A stretch of DNA of 64,000 bases from Macrostomum hystrix (Eukaryota > Animalia > Platyhelminthes), in contig CATNEN010000001.1 of NCBI GenBank assembly GCA_950097015.1, forward strand, positions 21,390,001 through 21,454,000, written 5' to 3'. A model generated the notes under the pieces. The model had not been told where the DNA came from and did no database searches. It saw only the letters and a list, made by a program, of their open reading frames with translations. Every line of letters starts with the position of its first letter. Position 1 is the stretch's first letter. The translations under genes and the position numbers were made by a program. Below, one piece after another: positions 20,687 through 31,800 of this stretch.

Positions 20687-23600
20687 CTAGTTGCGGCTCC
20701 TCTTCAAGGCGCTGTAGTACTGGTCGAACAGGCTCTCCAGCAGCCGACCCTTGCCACCAGTGCCGCTGTTGCCGTCGCAGCCGCCGCAGGTCGTTGCGGC
20801 TGTCAGTCGCCGACTGTTGCAGCACTGCCCAGCCGGGCATTCCGCGTCAACCGAGCAGCCCACGCCCAGGGCTTCCTCGTCGATGGTTGGAAAATTGGAG
20901 GCCGGCGCTGGGATGTCGGAGGCCAGCCGCATGTCCGCCTTGTTTGGCGTGCAGCGGCCGTAGGAGGCTGCGGGTGGGATGATGTTCGAGCGCCTGTCTA
21001 CTCTCTACTCTCTACTCTCTCCTGTCTGTTCTCTACTCTCTACTCTCTCCTGTCTACTCTCTACTCTCTACTCTCTCCTGTCTACTCTCTACTCTCTACT
21101 CTCTCCTGTCTACTCTCTACTCTCTACTCTCTCCTGTCTGTTCTCTACTCTCTCCTGTCTGTTCTCTACTCTCTCCTGTCTACTCTCTACTCTCTACTCT
21201 CTCCTGTCTGTTCTCTACTCTCTACTCTCTCCTGTCTACTCTCTACTCTCTACTCTCTCCTGTCTCTTCTCTACTCTCTCCTGTCTACTCTCTACTCTCT
21301 ACTCTCTCCTGTCTGTTCTCTACTCTCTACTCTCTCCTGTCAATTCTCTACTCTCTCCTGTCTACTCTCTACTCTCTACTCTCTCCTGTCTACTCTCTAC
21401 TCTCTACTCTCTCCTGTCTACTCTCTACTCTCTACTCTCTCCTGTCTGTTCTCTACTCTCTCCTGTCTGTTCTCTACTCTCTCCTGTCTACTCTCTACTC
21501 TCTACTCTCTCCTGTCTGTTCTCTACTCTCTACTCTCTCCTGTCTACTCTCTACTCTCTACTCTCTCCTGTCTCTTCTCTACTCTCTCCTGTCTACTCTC
21601 TACTCTCTACTCTCTCCTGTCTATTCTTTACTCTCTACTCTCTCCTGTATATTCTTCCGTATCTCCTGTTTACTTTATTTTATCCTGTCTATTCTCTGTT
21701 TTCTAGTTCCTTCTCTCACCCTTCACCAACTTCACACTATTCTGTCATATCTATTGTACTTATATATTTCTCGCCCGGAAAGTGGCCACACGTCACTACT
21801 CATCTACTCATCACTTCTCTGATTGTAGTCTTACAAGTTTTTGAAATTTCGCGTCTAGCTAGTTTTCCCTCGTTTTGTTCTTTGCAAAATTTCAGACAAG
21901 ACACTATTCAAAATGACTTGACGATTGTGAGCTGCAATAATGTTTTGTTATCAGTCATAAAAAGAGGGACTAGACAGATGAAAAAACGACTGACACGACT
22001 GACGGGTCTGCCTTAGATAGATAGTATAGTTCATCAAATATTCACACAAGATTGGCAGCTGATGGATGCATGGAAACAGAACAATGCCCCAAGCGCAAAG
22101 AAAGCTATGCTTGAGTGTTTGAGTCACTAGCAATAATGACAAAGAATCGAACGCAATCAAAGATTGACAAGTAAGAGCACAGATTTGTGTGACAGCTTAG
22201 AGTCGTGATTAGGGTTAGTTAGGGTTACAGAGAGATCTAGCTCTCTCTGCTACTCGTACAAGCTAGTGTCCACATGGCAATGTAGCGAAAACATTTCACC
22301 AAAAACTTGCCTATCAATAATCTAGATCCCTAGAGTAGCGCCTATTTAGATCCCTAGAGTAGCGCCTATTTAGCTCCCTAGAGTAGCGCCTATTTAGCTC
22401 CCTAGAGTAGCGCCTATTTAGCTCCCTAGAGTAGCGCCTATTTAGCTCCCTAGAGCAGCGCCTATTTAGATCCCTAGAGTAGCGCCTATTTAGCTCCCTA
22501 GAGTAGCGCCTATTTAGCTCCCTAGAGTAGCGCCTATTTAGCTCCCTAGAGTAGCGCCTATTTAGCTCCCTAGAGCAGCGCCTATTTAGATCCCTAGAGT
22601 AGCGCCTATTTAGCTCCCTAGAGTAGCGCCTATTTAGATCCCTAGAGCAGCGCCTATTTAGATCCCTAGAGTAGCGCCTATTTAGATCCCTAGAGTAGCG
22701 CCTATTTAGCTCCCTAGAGTAGCGCCTATTTAGCTCCCTAGAGCAGCGCCTATTTAGATCCCTAGAGTAGCGCCTATTTAGCTCCCTAGAGTAGCGCCTA
22801 TTTAGCTCCCTAGAGTAGCGCCTATTTAGATCCCTAGAGCAGCGCCTTTTTAGCTCCCTAGAGTAGCGCCTATTTAGATGCCTAGAGTAGCGCCTATTTA
22901 GATCCCTAGAGTAGCGCCTATTTAGATCCCTAGAGCAGCGCCTATTTAGCTCCCTAGAGTAGCGCCTATTTAGCTCCCTAGAGTAGCGCCTATTTAGCTC
23001 CCTAAAAGTAAACTTTTTTGATCTCTAAAGCAGCTACAATTTAGATAACCTACTTAGATCCCTAAGTCAGACCTAGATCGCTAAAAGTCCATGATAATGC
23101 CTGAAATAAGAGCAACTTAGATCTTTATGTAAATCATTTTTGATCTCTTAAAAAAAGGATGCCAATTTGAAGAAAGCCAGCACCGGGGCACCCCACCTTG
23201 TCCAGTTCGAACGCAGCTGTAGTTCTCGCAGCAGGCGGTCTGGGTGTAGCAGAGGCTACCGTCCTTCTCGCACTGCTCAGGGCGGACGATCGCGGAGTCA
23301 GGTTGGCAGACGGTGGGAGGGGTCGGGTGATGTGGGTATGTATTAGTTTCCTCAAAATTTTGCACCTGCCATCGTCGCTAATAATAAATATTTGCCTAGC
23401 TTGTCTAGGTCTGTGCTGGCTCATCCAGATGCTATTTTTTTTTCGTGAATTGTTCAAACTCTTAAAGCTAACACTGCATGCGGGGGGCGATGGGCAAGTT
23501 TTTTCTCATCTTTCTTCACGCATCCCATTTTCCCCAGCAACAGTTCCCCAAGTCTTTTAAAAGCATCTCCCAGAGTCATCGTGGCGTGGCTGCTGCAACG

Positions 23601-24971
23601 TGCGTGCGGAAGTCTTAGAAATAAAATTCCTCGAAGCAGCTCTTGAAGAATTGAGCTTCTCAGAAATTGCGAGAACAATGCCACCCCTACACCCCCAACG
23701 GCGCGCCACAATTCATTCCATTGTCTCATTGTTCGCTATAATTTTTTTCCATATAAGTCTCATTCAAATTTTAGATTACTGTTTCTAACACCTGAGCTAG
23801 CTCTTCAGTCTTCAGTCTCTTCTCAAACCTACTATCGATCTGATTACTAAATCAGAGGTGAAATTGTAGCTTGATTAAGTTCGATTCTTGCTTAGTTAAT
23901 CCCAGCTATTCTTTCTAACTTTTTCTAATCTAATTTTCTAACTCTGGTACGCTGAAAATGTGCTACACAGAAAAAGCTTCCATTTGGCAGAATTTCATGC
24001 TGGCAGAGATTTTTTATACTCAACAATCTTATATCGCTTGCGTGAGGGCCGCTTTTCCGGCCTAAAGCATTATTCATTCACTTCTGCAAGTCTTCACTCA
24101 TCACTCGCTGCCGCATGGGTTTCGGCTCTTACAAATCACTTTGCTGTAATTCTCTTCCGTCTAAAAGTACATTGCTAGCCAGCACAGACCACACATACTG
24201 ACACCCAGGATTCTTCTCGACACCCTCTTACCACTCACAGACACCCTGTTTGCTCACAGACACCCTGTCCTCCCGCACGGACACCCTGTCCTCACTCACA
24301 GATACCCTGTCCACCCATAGACACCCTGTCCACTCATAGACACCCTGTCCTCACTTAGAGTCACAGACACCCTGTCCTCACTCCCAGACACCCTGTCCTC
24401 ACTCACAGACACCCTGTCCTCACTCAGACACCCTGTCCTCACTCACAGACACCCTGTCCTCACTCAGACACCCTGTCCTCACTTAGAGTCACAGACACCC
24501 TGTCCTCACTCCCAGACACCCTGTCCTCACTCACAGACACCCTGTCCTCACTCAGACACCCTGTCCTCAATCACAGACACCCTATTCTCACTCACGGTCA
24601 CAGACACCCTGTCCTCACTCAGACACCCTGTCCTCACTTACAGTCACAGATACCCTGTCATCACTTACAGTCACAGATACCCTGTCATCACTTACAGTCA
24701 CAGATACCCTGTCATCACTCAGACACCCTGTCCTCAATCACAGACACCCTATTCTCACTCACAGTCACAGACACCCTGTCCTCACTCAGACACCCTGTCC
24801 TCACTCAGACACCCTGTCCTCACTCACAGACACCCTGTCCTCACTCACAGACACCCTGTCCTCACTCACAAATAGTCTGCCCCTGCCAGAGGCAATACCA
24901 GCGAAGGCTTGAGTGGAACTTGGCCAGCCGGTAGTCAAAATCAGCAGCAGCAGCAGCGGTGGCATTGACAT
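20687..24971 (-). CDS. Secreted cysteine-rich precursor (~197 aa), prohormone-3/ITG-like or knottin-like
   Basis: Exon 24971-24870 encodes a signal peptide (MSMPPLLLLLILTTGWPSSTQA). Exon 23377-23197 reads RRWQVQ...CEKDGSLCYTQTACCENYSCV. Exon 20997-20687 reads ...YGRC...GCSVDAECPAGQCCNSRRLTAATTCGGC...ALKRSRN*. Phases 0 and 1 fit; the exon 3 acceptor is weak. Confidence 0.68.
20998..21650. repeat. Intronic CT-rich composite repeat (CTCTACT / CTCTCCTGT modules)
   Basis: Low-complexity tandem array abutting an exon boundary. Confidence 0.92.
22322..23005. repeat. Intronic minisatellite, 24-bp unit TAGCTCCCTAGAGTAGCGCCTATT
   Basis: Highly homogeneous tandem array. Confidence 0.96.
24240..24869. 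repeat. Intronic minisatellite, ~19-29-bp units based on CAGACACCCTGTCCTCACTCA
   Basis: The array begins exactly at the exon-1 donor of the secreted-peptide gene. Confidence 0.93.
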
Positions 24972-25087
24972 GTTCTGTCGGCTGTTGATTAGCAAACTAA
25001 ATTTATTGGATTGATTTCGAAGAAAAATGGTTAAGTTTAACTGTGTCGTCTAATAAGGCAGGCGCCAGACTTCAAGATTTTGCTAGC

Positions 25088-25093
25088 TTTATA
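25088..25093 (-). promoter_or_regulatory. Candidate TATA box of the secreted-peptide gene
   Basis: TATAAA on the minus strand ~120 bp upstream of ATG 24971. Confidence 0.4.
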
Positions 25094-26441
25094 TTACACT
25101 CTCAGGTTCTTGCCTTCTTTCATCGCAATGTTGCCCATTGCAGACTATAGGGAGCTGCATGAGGAGCCAATGAGCAGTCAGATCATGCATGGTTGTGCGT
25201 GAGTATGTGAGTTATGTGAGTCTCTGTAGTCATGTCACTGATGAGGCTAAACGTTTTTAGCCTGAGAGCTCATTGTCAAAAAGCCATTTTTGCAGTTGCA
25301 GTATCAGCAGCAACAGCAGCAACAGCCGATGGAAGATTTCATACCCGGCACAGCCAGCTTTACCTTTCCGAATCCCCTGGTCGGTTGTGGGATGCATTTA
25401 TCAATATATTTTATGGGGCCGCCCATTGCCCACCCGCTGTCATTAAACTATATTATTTGATCGCGAAAGTCCATTGTTTTTGCGGAGTTTTTATTTATTT
25501 ATTCCTGCCTGTCAAATCCAGCATTGGATCTGGGTAACTGAAGTAAAACTGTATTTAATTATTGCAAGTTTTTAAAGAAAACTCCTTTTTTATTTCATTC
25601 TAAACCCGATAAATATGAACTGTCAAAAACTCAGTTATCCTCGATGTCAACAAAAATTAGAAAAAATATTTTTTTCGCATCTATCAAAACTTAGACCAGC
25701 ACTGTACATCTGTATTAAAAATGGCAATGAATTTTCTCTACTTATTCAAAGGTCTATCGAATTTTAGAAACGAATCTGTGAAAATTATACAATTCGCGTT
25801 ACACACTACTACTTTAAACATTCACTTTAATTTATGCATAGAAGTCACACTGTGAAATATTCTGTGCTTAAATTTGAATTCAACGGTTTTGAAAATTTTG
25901 AAAAAATCGTTTTTTAAGTTTAGATATATATATATATTATATTCGTACCTATCCATATGGGCTTCAACTAAAATGTGGCCGACTGCTAATGCTGGTATGT
26001 GAATTGGGTTATTTCGATACATATCGGAAAATTTGCTTCTAACAATAACGTATTGACTAGGGTAGGTCTAGGTGCTGCGATTAAAGAATCCCTGTTAATC
26101 TTTGTTAGCATGGTTTTTTAAGGCCAAATACGAGCAATTAGTCGAAAAATCAATGCTCTATTTATGATCATCTTTCTTAAGTATAAGGTAATTTCCGCAC
26201 GTTCAATTACAAATGACGAAAATTATGATAACCATTTTTCGAGTATTAATAAATACATTATGTCTGTGTGTCTGTTATATTGGAGAAACCATCAACTCAT
26301 TTTTACTCTGATAACTACAGAATATCTGATAAATTCTCATAAATATCATAAATAATACAAAAGGAAATATAGCAAAATAACGAAAAGCGCTATTTATACT
26401 ACTTTTTGCTTTAAATATCACTTCTGACGCCTCAGCGAATG

Positions 26442-26739
26442 GCCGGGCGCAGTGGCATGCGTCTGTAATCCTGCTACTTGGAGGCCGGGAAACGGAACGG
26501 CTTGAGGCTGGGAGTCCTGTCTTTCGTCGCTCTATGTTGATCAGGTGTCCACTCTAAGCCTGGCGTCAACATGGTAGCACCTTCGGAGGAGGGTGCGGCC
26601 AGGTTAGCCAAGGAGAGACGTACCGGCCCAGGGGGGAAACCCAGCAGGCAAAAGTCTCCGCGTCAAGCAGTAGAGGGATCGCACCCGTGAATAGGCGGCG
26701 AGAGATAGCCTAGCCAATACAGACGGACTGTAACCTTTT
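26442..26739 (+). ncRNA. Signal recognition particle 7SL RNA
   Basis: Starts GCCGGGCGCAGTGGCATGCGTCTGTAATCC (Alu domain). Helix 6 is GCACCTTC-GGGA-GAGGGTGC and helix 8 is CAGGGGG-GAAA-CCCAGCAG, followed by GGGATCGCACCCGTGAATAG. It is ~298 nt and ends at a Pol III TTTT terminator. Confidence 0.95.
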
Positions 26740-28876
26740 GCGTTTTATCGATACGAATTAAATTTAGGAACCATTTGACAATTATTTACCATGTTACTAC
26801 AAACAAAGTATAATATTTGTACAATAATAATGAGTGGTATAGTCTGATGCTGAGACACTTTTTAATTAGATACATCTATCAATAAAATAAATTCCTTTTG
26901 CTAAAAACACGCAATTGTTAAGTCGATGTTGTGGCAAGTCGAGTTTCTGTGTGTTAATTTCACTACAGTTATATTTGTTGCAGAGATTATTGATATATTT
27001 TATCGTAGATCTTTATCTCTATGACTTTATAGCAAGATAACAATCAACCTGTCTAAATTAAACAGCAATCTGTTTCAATTACCTCAATAGAGGCCCATGG
27101 CATTTTAGAAATCGTCGTTTCAAAAAAAATGTGAATTCTTAGTTGCAATTCATAAGCATTTCTATTCGCTTTTACGTATCCGATATGTTTAGAAAAAAGT
27201 TTTTTTCATTATTTAAATCTATATATGAGCTAATAAGAATTGGGCCATATTAAAATCGGGCGGGGTGCCTTTCTTATTCTTGTTAATGAAAACTTAGATT
27301 ATTTTGCTACGAAATGTGAAATAACTAAAATAACTAAGAATTATCAACAAAATTTTGTCCCTAATACTACTTCCCTTCTACTCGAAGCAGTTTTTTGTTA
27401 GCAAAATATGTTCAGCACAAATAAAAATTACAATAAAAACTCGGACGAGAATATTTTTACTTTGTTGCAAAAAAACCGATCTACGCAGCTACAAAACTTC
27501 TACTTAATATGCGTGTCGGATTTTCATGCGCACATTGTCGCGCAAAAAGGTTATTGAAATGAAACTAGCTCGCCTAATTCGGTATATTTTGTGTCGGAAA
27601 AGTTCATGAAGAAAATCGGTAGAATCAAATAATAACAGTCTAAAATTGTGGCTCGAATGGGAAAGGAATCGAATGGGTGTCGGGGCGTTAAACACAGGAC
27701 ACAAAATAGGCAGAATCGATTCAGGATCTCTCTGTTTTTGTCTCTGGACATCGGATAAAGAAGGCGTTAAAATTAAACGCTGTCATTAGGAGGGCGGCTT
27801 ATCAGCAGTTGACATGAGTATGCTCGTGTGCAGAAATAGAACAAATGGTGAGTGTGACAAGTCTCTTAAGTAGCGAAATTGGAACAGTTAAATATATTTG
27901 AATATAAGCAATGAGGGGAATTTCTAACTTCTCATTCAATGCTAGAAACATCTATGAATTCAACGATTAAAATTAACCTTAGCAATCTAATAGTTTTCAT
28001 AAAAAATCTGAAGCAACGAAGAGAAGCGAACCACTGAGGCAGAGGAACAATAACAAGAAGGTTAGATTTGCCATTCTTGTAGTCAAACTGAACAGCGAAA
28101 CAACATCGAAAACAGAAATAAGTTCTGGACAGATTAAATCATACAAAACCTGATAAAATCCTGGGATTAAAAAAGCATGTTTGCGCATAAACAAAATACA
28201 GCAGCAGAAAGTACACAATGAAACTCGCAAGACGGTCGAGGGTTCGAGTCAGGAGAGGGACTGACAGCAATTATATACTAATGCAAATACTCAACAGTGA
28301 CAGTTGGAAATCAGCGGAAAAAATCCCTAAATATCTGAAATAATACCAGTATGAAGAGCTTAAGTTAGGCCTTCTTGTACGCAAACGTCTAGCCTAGTAG
28401 ATATATGAACACAGCTTTAGACAAGAAAAACGCTTATCAATATTACTATAAGTATGATGTAGGGGACATTCAGTGCAAAAAAACAAGAGCAAGCATTTAC
28501 CAACGAGTTGGCAAAGCGAGTCAGAAGTTCACAATAATCGCGCAAAATCTCTGGCATTAGTCATGTACTACGCGCATATCATGGATGTCCATGTGAGAGT
28601 TTGAAGAAACTGTATATACTTTTCCTGCACTAAAGTAGAAACAAAGACAAAAACATATGTGGGCAAGTTTCACATTTGACAGCTAACAGCAACAGATTTT
28701 TCAAGAAAGCGAAGATTCCATTGAGAAAATATTTTATACGCATAAATATTACAATCAATGGGCTCAGGGTCCGGCCGTGACTGGTCCCGATATGCAGCGA
28801 AAAAAGTTTTAACGAGTGCTTAATTAGCTGAAAAAGTTAGTGTAGACCCACTGAATTGATGACAACCTGGTTCTGG

Positions 28877-31800
28877 TCACGCGTTGCTGCTGTCCTCATC
28901 GTCAACTAATCGATTGTTGACCTCGGCGGCTGCGGCTGCAGCAGATGCGGCTTCGGCTTCCTCCTCGCTTTCAGCAGCTTCCCGCATGGCCTCCTCGGCG
29001 CGCTTATTCTCCTCGGCCAGCTGCTTCCAGTAGGCGTAGTTGTTGTTTAGATTATCCAACAGCTGGGGAACGTCGCAGAAGGCTGCGTGGAAGAGATTGG
29101 ATTTCATTTTGGGATTATATGACATTTGCAGCCCAGTGGTGGGATCTTTGGATTTCTGAAAGAGGTCGGGAGTTCGATCTTCAAACACTCACCGTGCCAT
29201 GCGCTGAACATCTCTCGCAAGAAGAAATCGATAAAGCTGGTCTGTGAGTGTGGCATGTTGCAGGTTGTCCTGTCGAACACTGGCATCACAATTGGAAGAC
29301 CCTTAGACTTCTCTTCGTCAGTCTGCAAAATATGAATTGTACATTATCAATTATTACTTTTTCGATACATATCGGCAAGTTCCGAAAATAGCTTTAGGTT
29401 TGGTCTTAAGAAAATATAATATCATAATGAATTTACTCCAATTTTACCATAATTCTCGGTTTTTTTAGTTTTTCTTAATCTATGAATATGAAACTAATTA
29501 AAAATGAGAAATCTAAAATCTAAAAAAACATGCTTGTGCCTACTCGCAGTATATTGACGATAAGTTATACGTAAATTAGACGACAGAAATATAGAAAATA
29601 GATTTCGCTTGCCTGTTGGAAGTATTCCTCGGATATGCGTTTTGCCCACTCTTTGCACAGCTTCAGCGATCGGCAAGGATTGCTCACGTCTGAGCACTTG
29701 ATTAGAACTCGCTTAATTAGGGTGCGATTCTCCGATTTGGTTAGCATCTCAAGAGCCTCCTCTTCGGTAATCCGCTCGGCGCCCTCCTCGCCCTCCTTGG
29801 CCACCAGCGGGGCGACAATCTGATTGGCGAACTTGCCGACGTGCTCAAAGTGTTTGGCCATCTCTGTTGCCAGCACAATGTCAATCATGCTCTGCCGCAG
29901 GGTCTTGTAGTCTTCGCGACTCATATTCTTGAAGATGTTGATGCGATCGTCGCGAGTGGTCAGTTGGAAGGCCAGAGAGACGTGGTGGCTCTCCAGCACC
30001 GTGCTGAAAAAAGGGAAATAGAAAATAGAAAACGAACAATAAATAGACTTCAATAGAGCTTTCGGATTTTCGATACATATCGGAAAAATCACTCATTTGA
30101 GATTTTATTTATTTTCGATACATATCGGTAAAACATTACTGATGCTCTTATTTTGTGATTGATGCATATTTTCTAAGCCTTCTCAAATTTAATGATTGTC
30201 TGCTGCAACTAGTTGGATAAATTATTGTCTAAACTCTTGCCATTGTCTTGTGTTTTTTCGATAAATATCGACTTAAAAGTTTAAAACTAGAATAAACTTA
30301 CATATCATTGTACAGAATGGCCAGTTTGTGCTGACTATTTATGAGGAATGGGTTAGTCCGTCCCGGATGATCAAGGTCGTGCACCAGGGCGCCTAGCAGT
30401 GAGGCGACTTCGTCCATCTCGTCAAAGATCGATTTTATTCGATCTCTTTCCAGGAAATAGGCCGAGCTCTGCATTACATCCGCGCCGTGCGTGGCATTGT
30501 GATAGCAATTATCGGCGTGATAATGATCCTGGATTACCTGCAGCCACTTCAGCATGGTGTCCTCGCTGCACTGCAGAAAATGGCAGACATTGAATCTTTG
30601 CAGGGTCTTCATTGCCAGGTAAACCATGGGCTTCTTCTCAGTCACTCGCTCCAACTCGATGATGTCGAAACTCCATTCGTCATCGCTGTCCAGGTAGGCC
30701 AGGAGTTCCTCAGGTATCTCGCTTAGAGACTGCATGTTGCTGGAGGAGTTCTCTGCAGAATTTAATTGGCGGGCGGCTGGTACTGCGAGGATGCCACTAA
30801 CTGGACCACTGTGCATATAGGACGAAATCAACTTTCTCTGAAGCAGTGAAAGTGCGCTTACAAATATTGTCAATCTATAGACTATTGTCACTCTAATCTA
30901 TAGACTATTGTCACTCTAATGTATAGACTTTTGTCACACTAATCTATAGAATATTGTCGCTCTAATCTGTGAGATATTGTCACAGTTATCTATATATTTA
31001 TTTAATCACATTTGTTTTTAACTTTTCTGTTTTCCTGCAAAACGTTGTTTCGGTGGCCAAAAAGCTAAATATCCTACTACTAGTAGCTGATCTCGAAGCA
31101 AAAGCTCTACGATCGCCGATTAAATTTAATTAGGAAAGCAAACAGAAAAAGTGACGCAAAATGAGCACTCATTTTAGAATACTATTAAGCTCAATTTTCA
31201 AGTATCCTAACCCAGAAATAAGTGTTCAATGCTTGTGCATATTTTAGGGCAAAATAGCTTGTTTTCGATACATATAGGACATTTTTGCTATCGGGAATTT
31301 CATCAAAGATAGGGTGAAATTATTTCTAATGTTTATTGCTTGACCAAGCAAGTTAAAGGGAGTTGCATGAAAAAATTTGTCTTCCTGGTATCTTCTCGCT
31401 AGTTTTGTAAAAATGCCATGTTACTACTAGTATGAAGTTAAAAGTAGTTTAATCGATCCCGAAATTTCTCTAGTTAAAAAGAGACCGATTATTATAGAAA
31501 ACTCATTTTCAATAGTGACTGTGGCCAAACAGGAGTACAACTAGGGCCACGATTATATAAAGCAACACTCAGCTCAATAAAAACACACTAAGACTGTACA
31601 AACAGACTTTACAGTAAGAAATTCTTTGCTGTTTAACTTTCTTTTTAGGTATATCAATATCAATGATATATCAATAATATCAATATCAATATCAACACTA
31701 TTTAAAAAGTTATAATTTATATATGAATCCATTATTCGCTGTGCAAAAATTTGATGTGACAGTTAAAACTACTAATTATTTATATTTTGTGACGAAAACT

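Noticed and set aside
25238-25268. Hammerhead ribozyme or SECIS at CTGATGA-GGCTAAA-cgtt-TTTAGCC-TGAGA
   Set aside because: It lacks the GAAA core and stems I/III for a hammerhead; the stem is too short for a SECIS and it is not in a selenoprotein 3' UTR.
26442-26520. Primate Alu or human contamination
   Set aside because: It continues into a full SRP S domain with a Pol III terminator and has no poly-A dimer structure.
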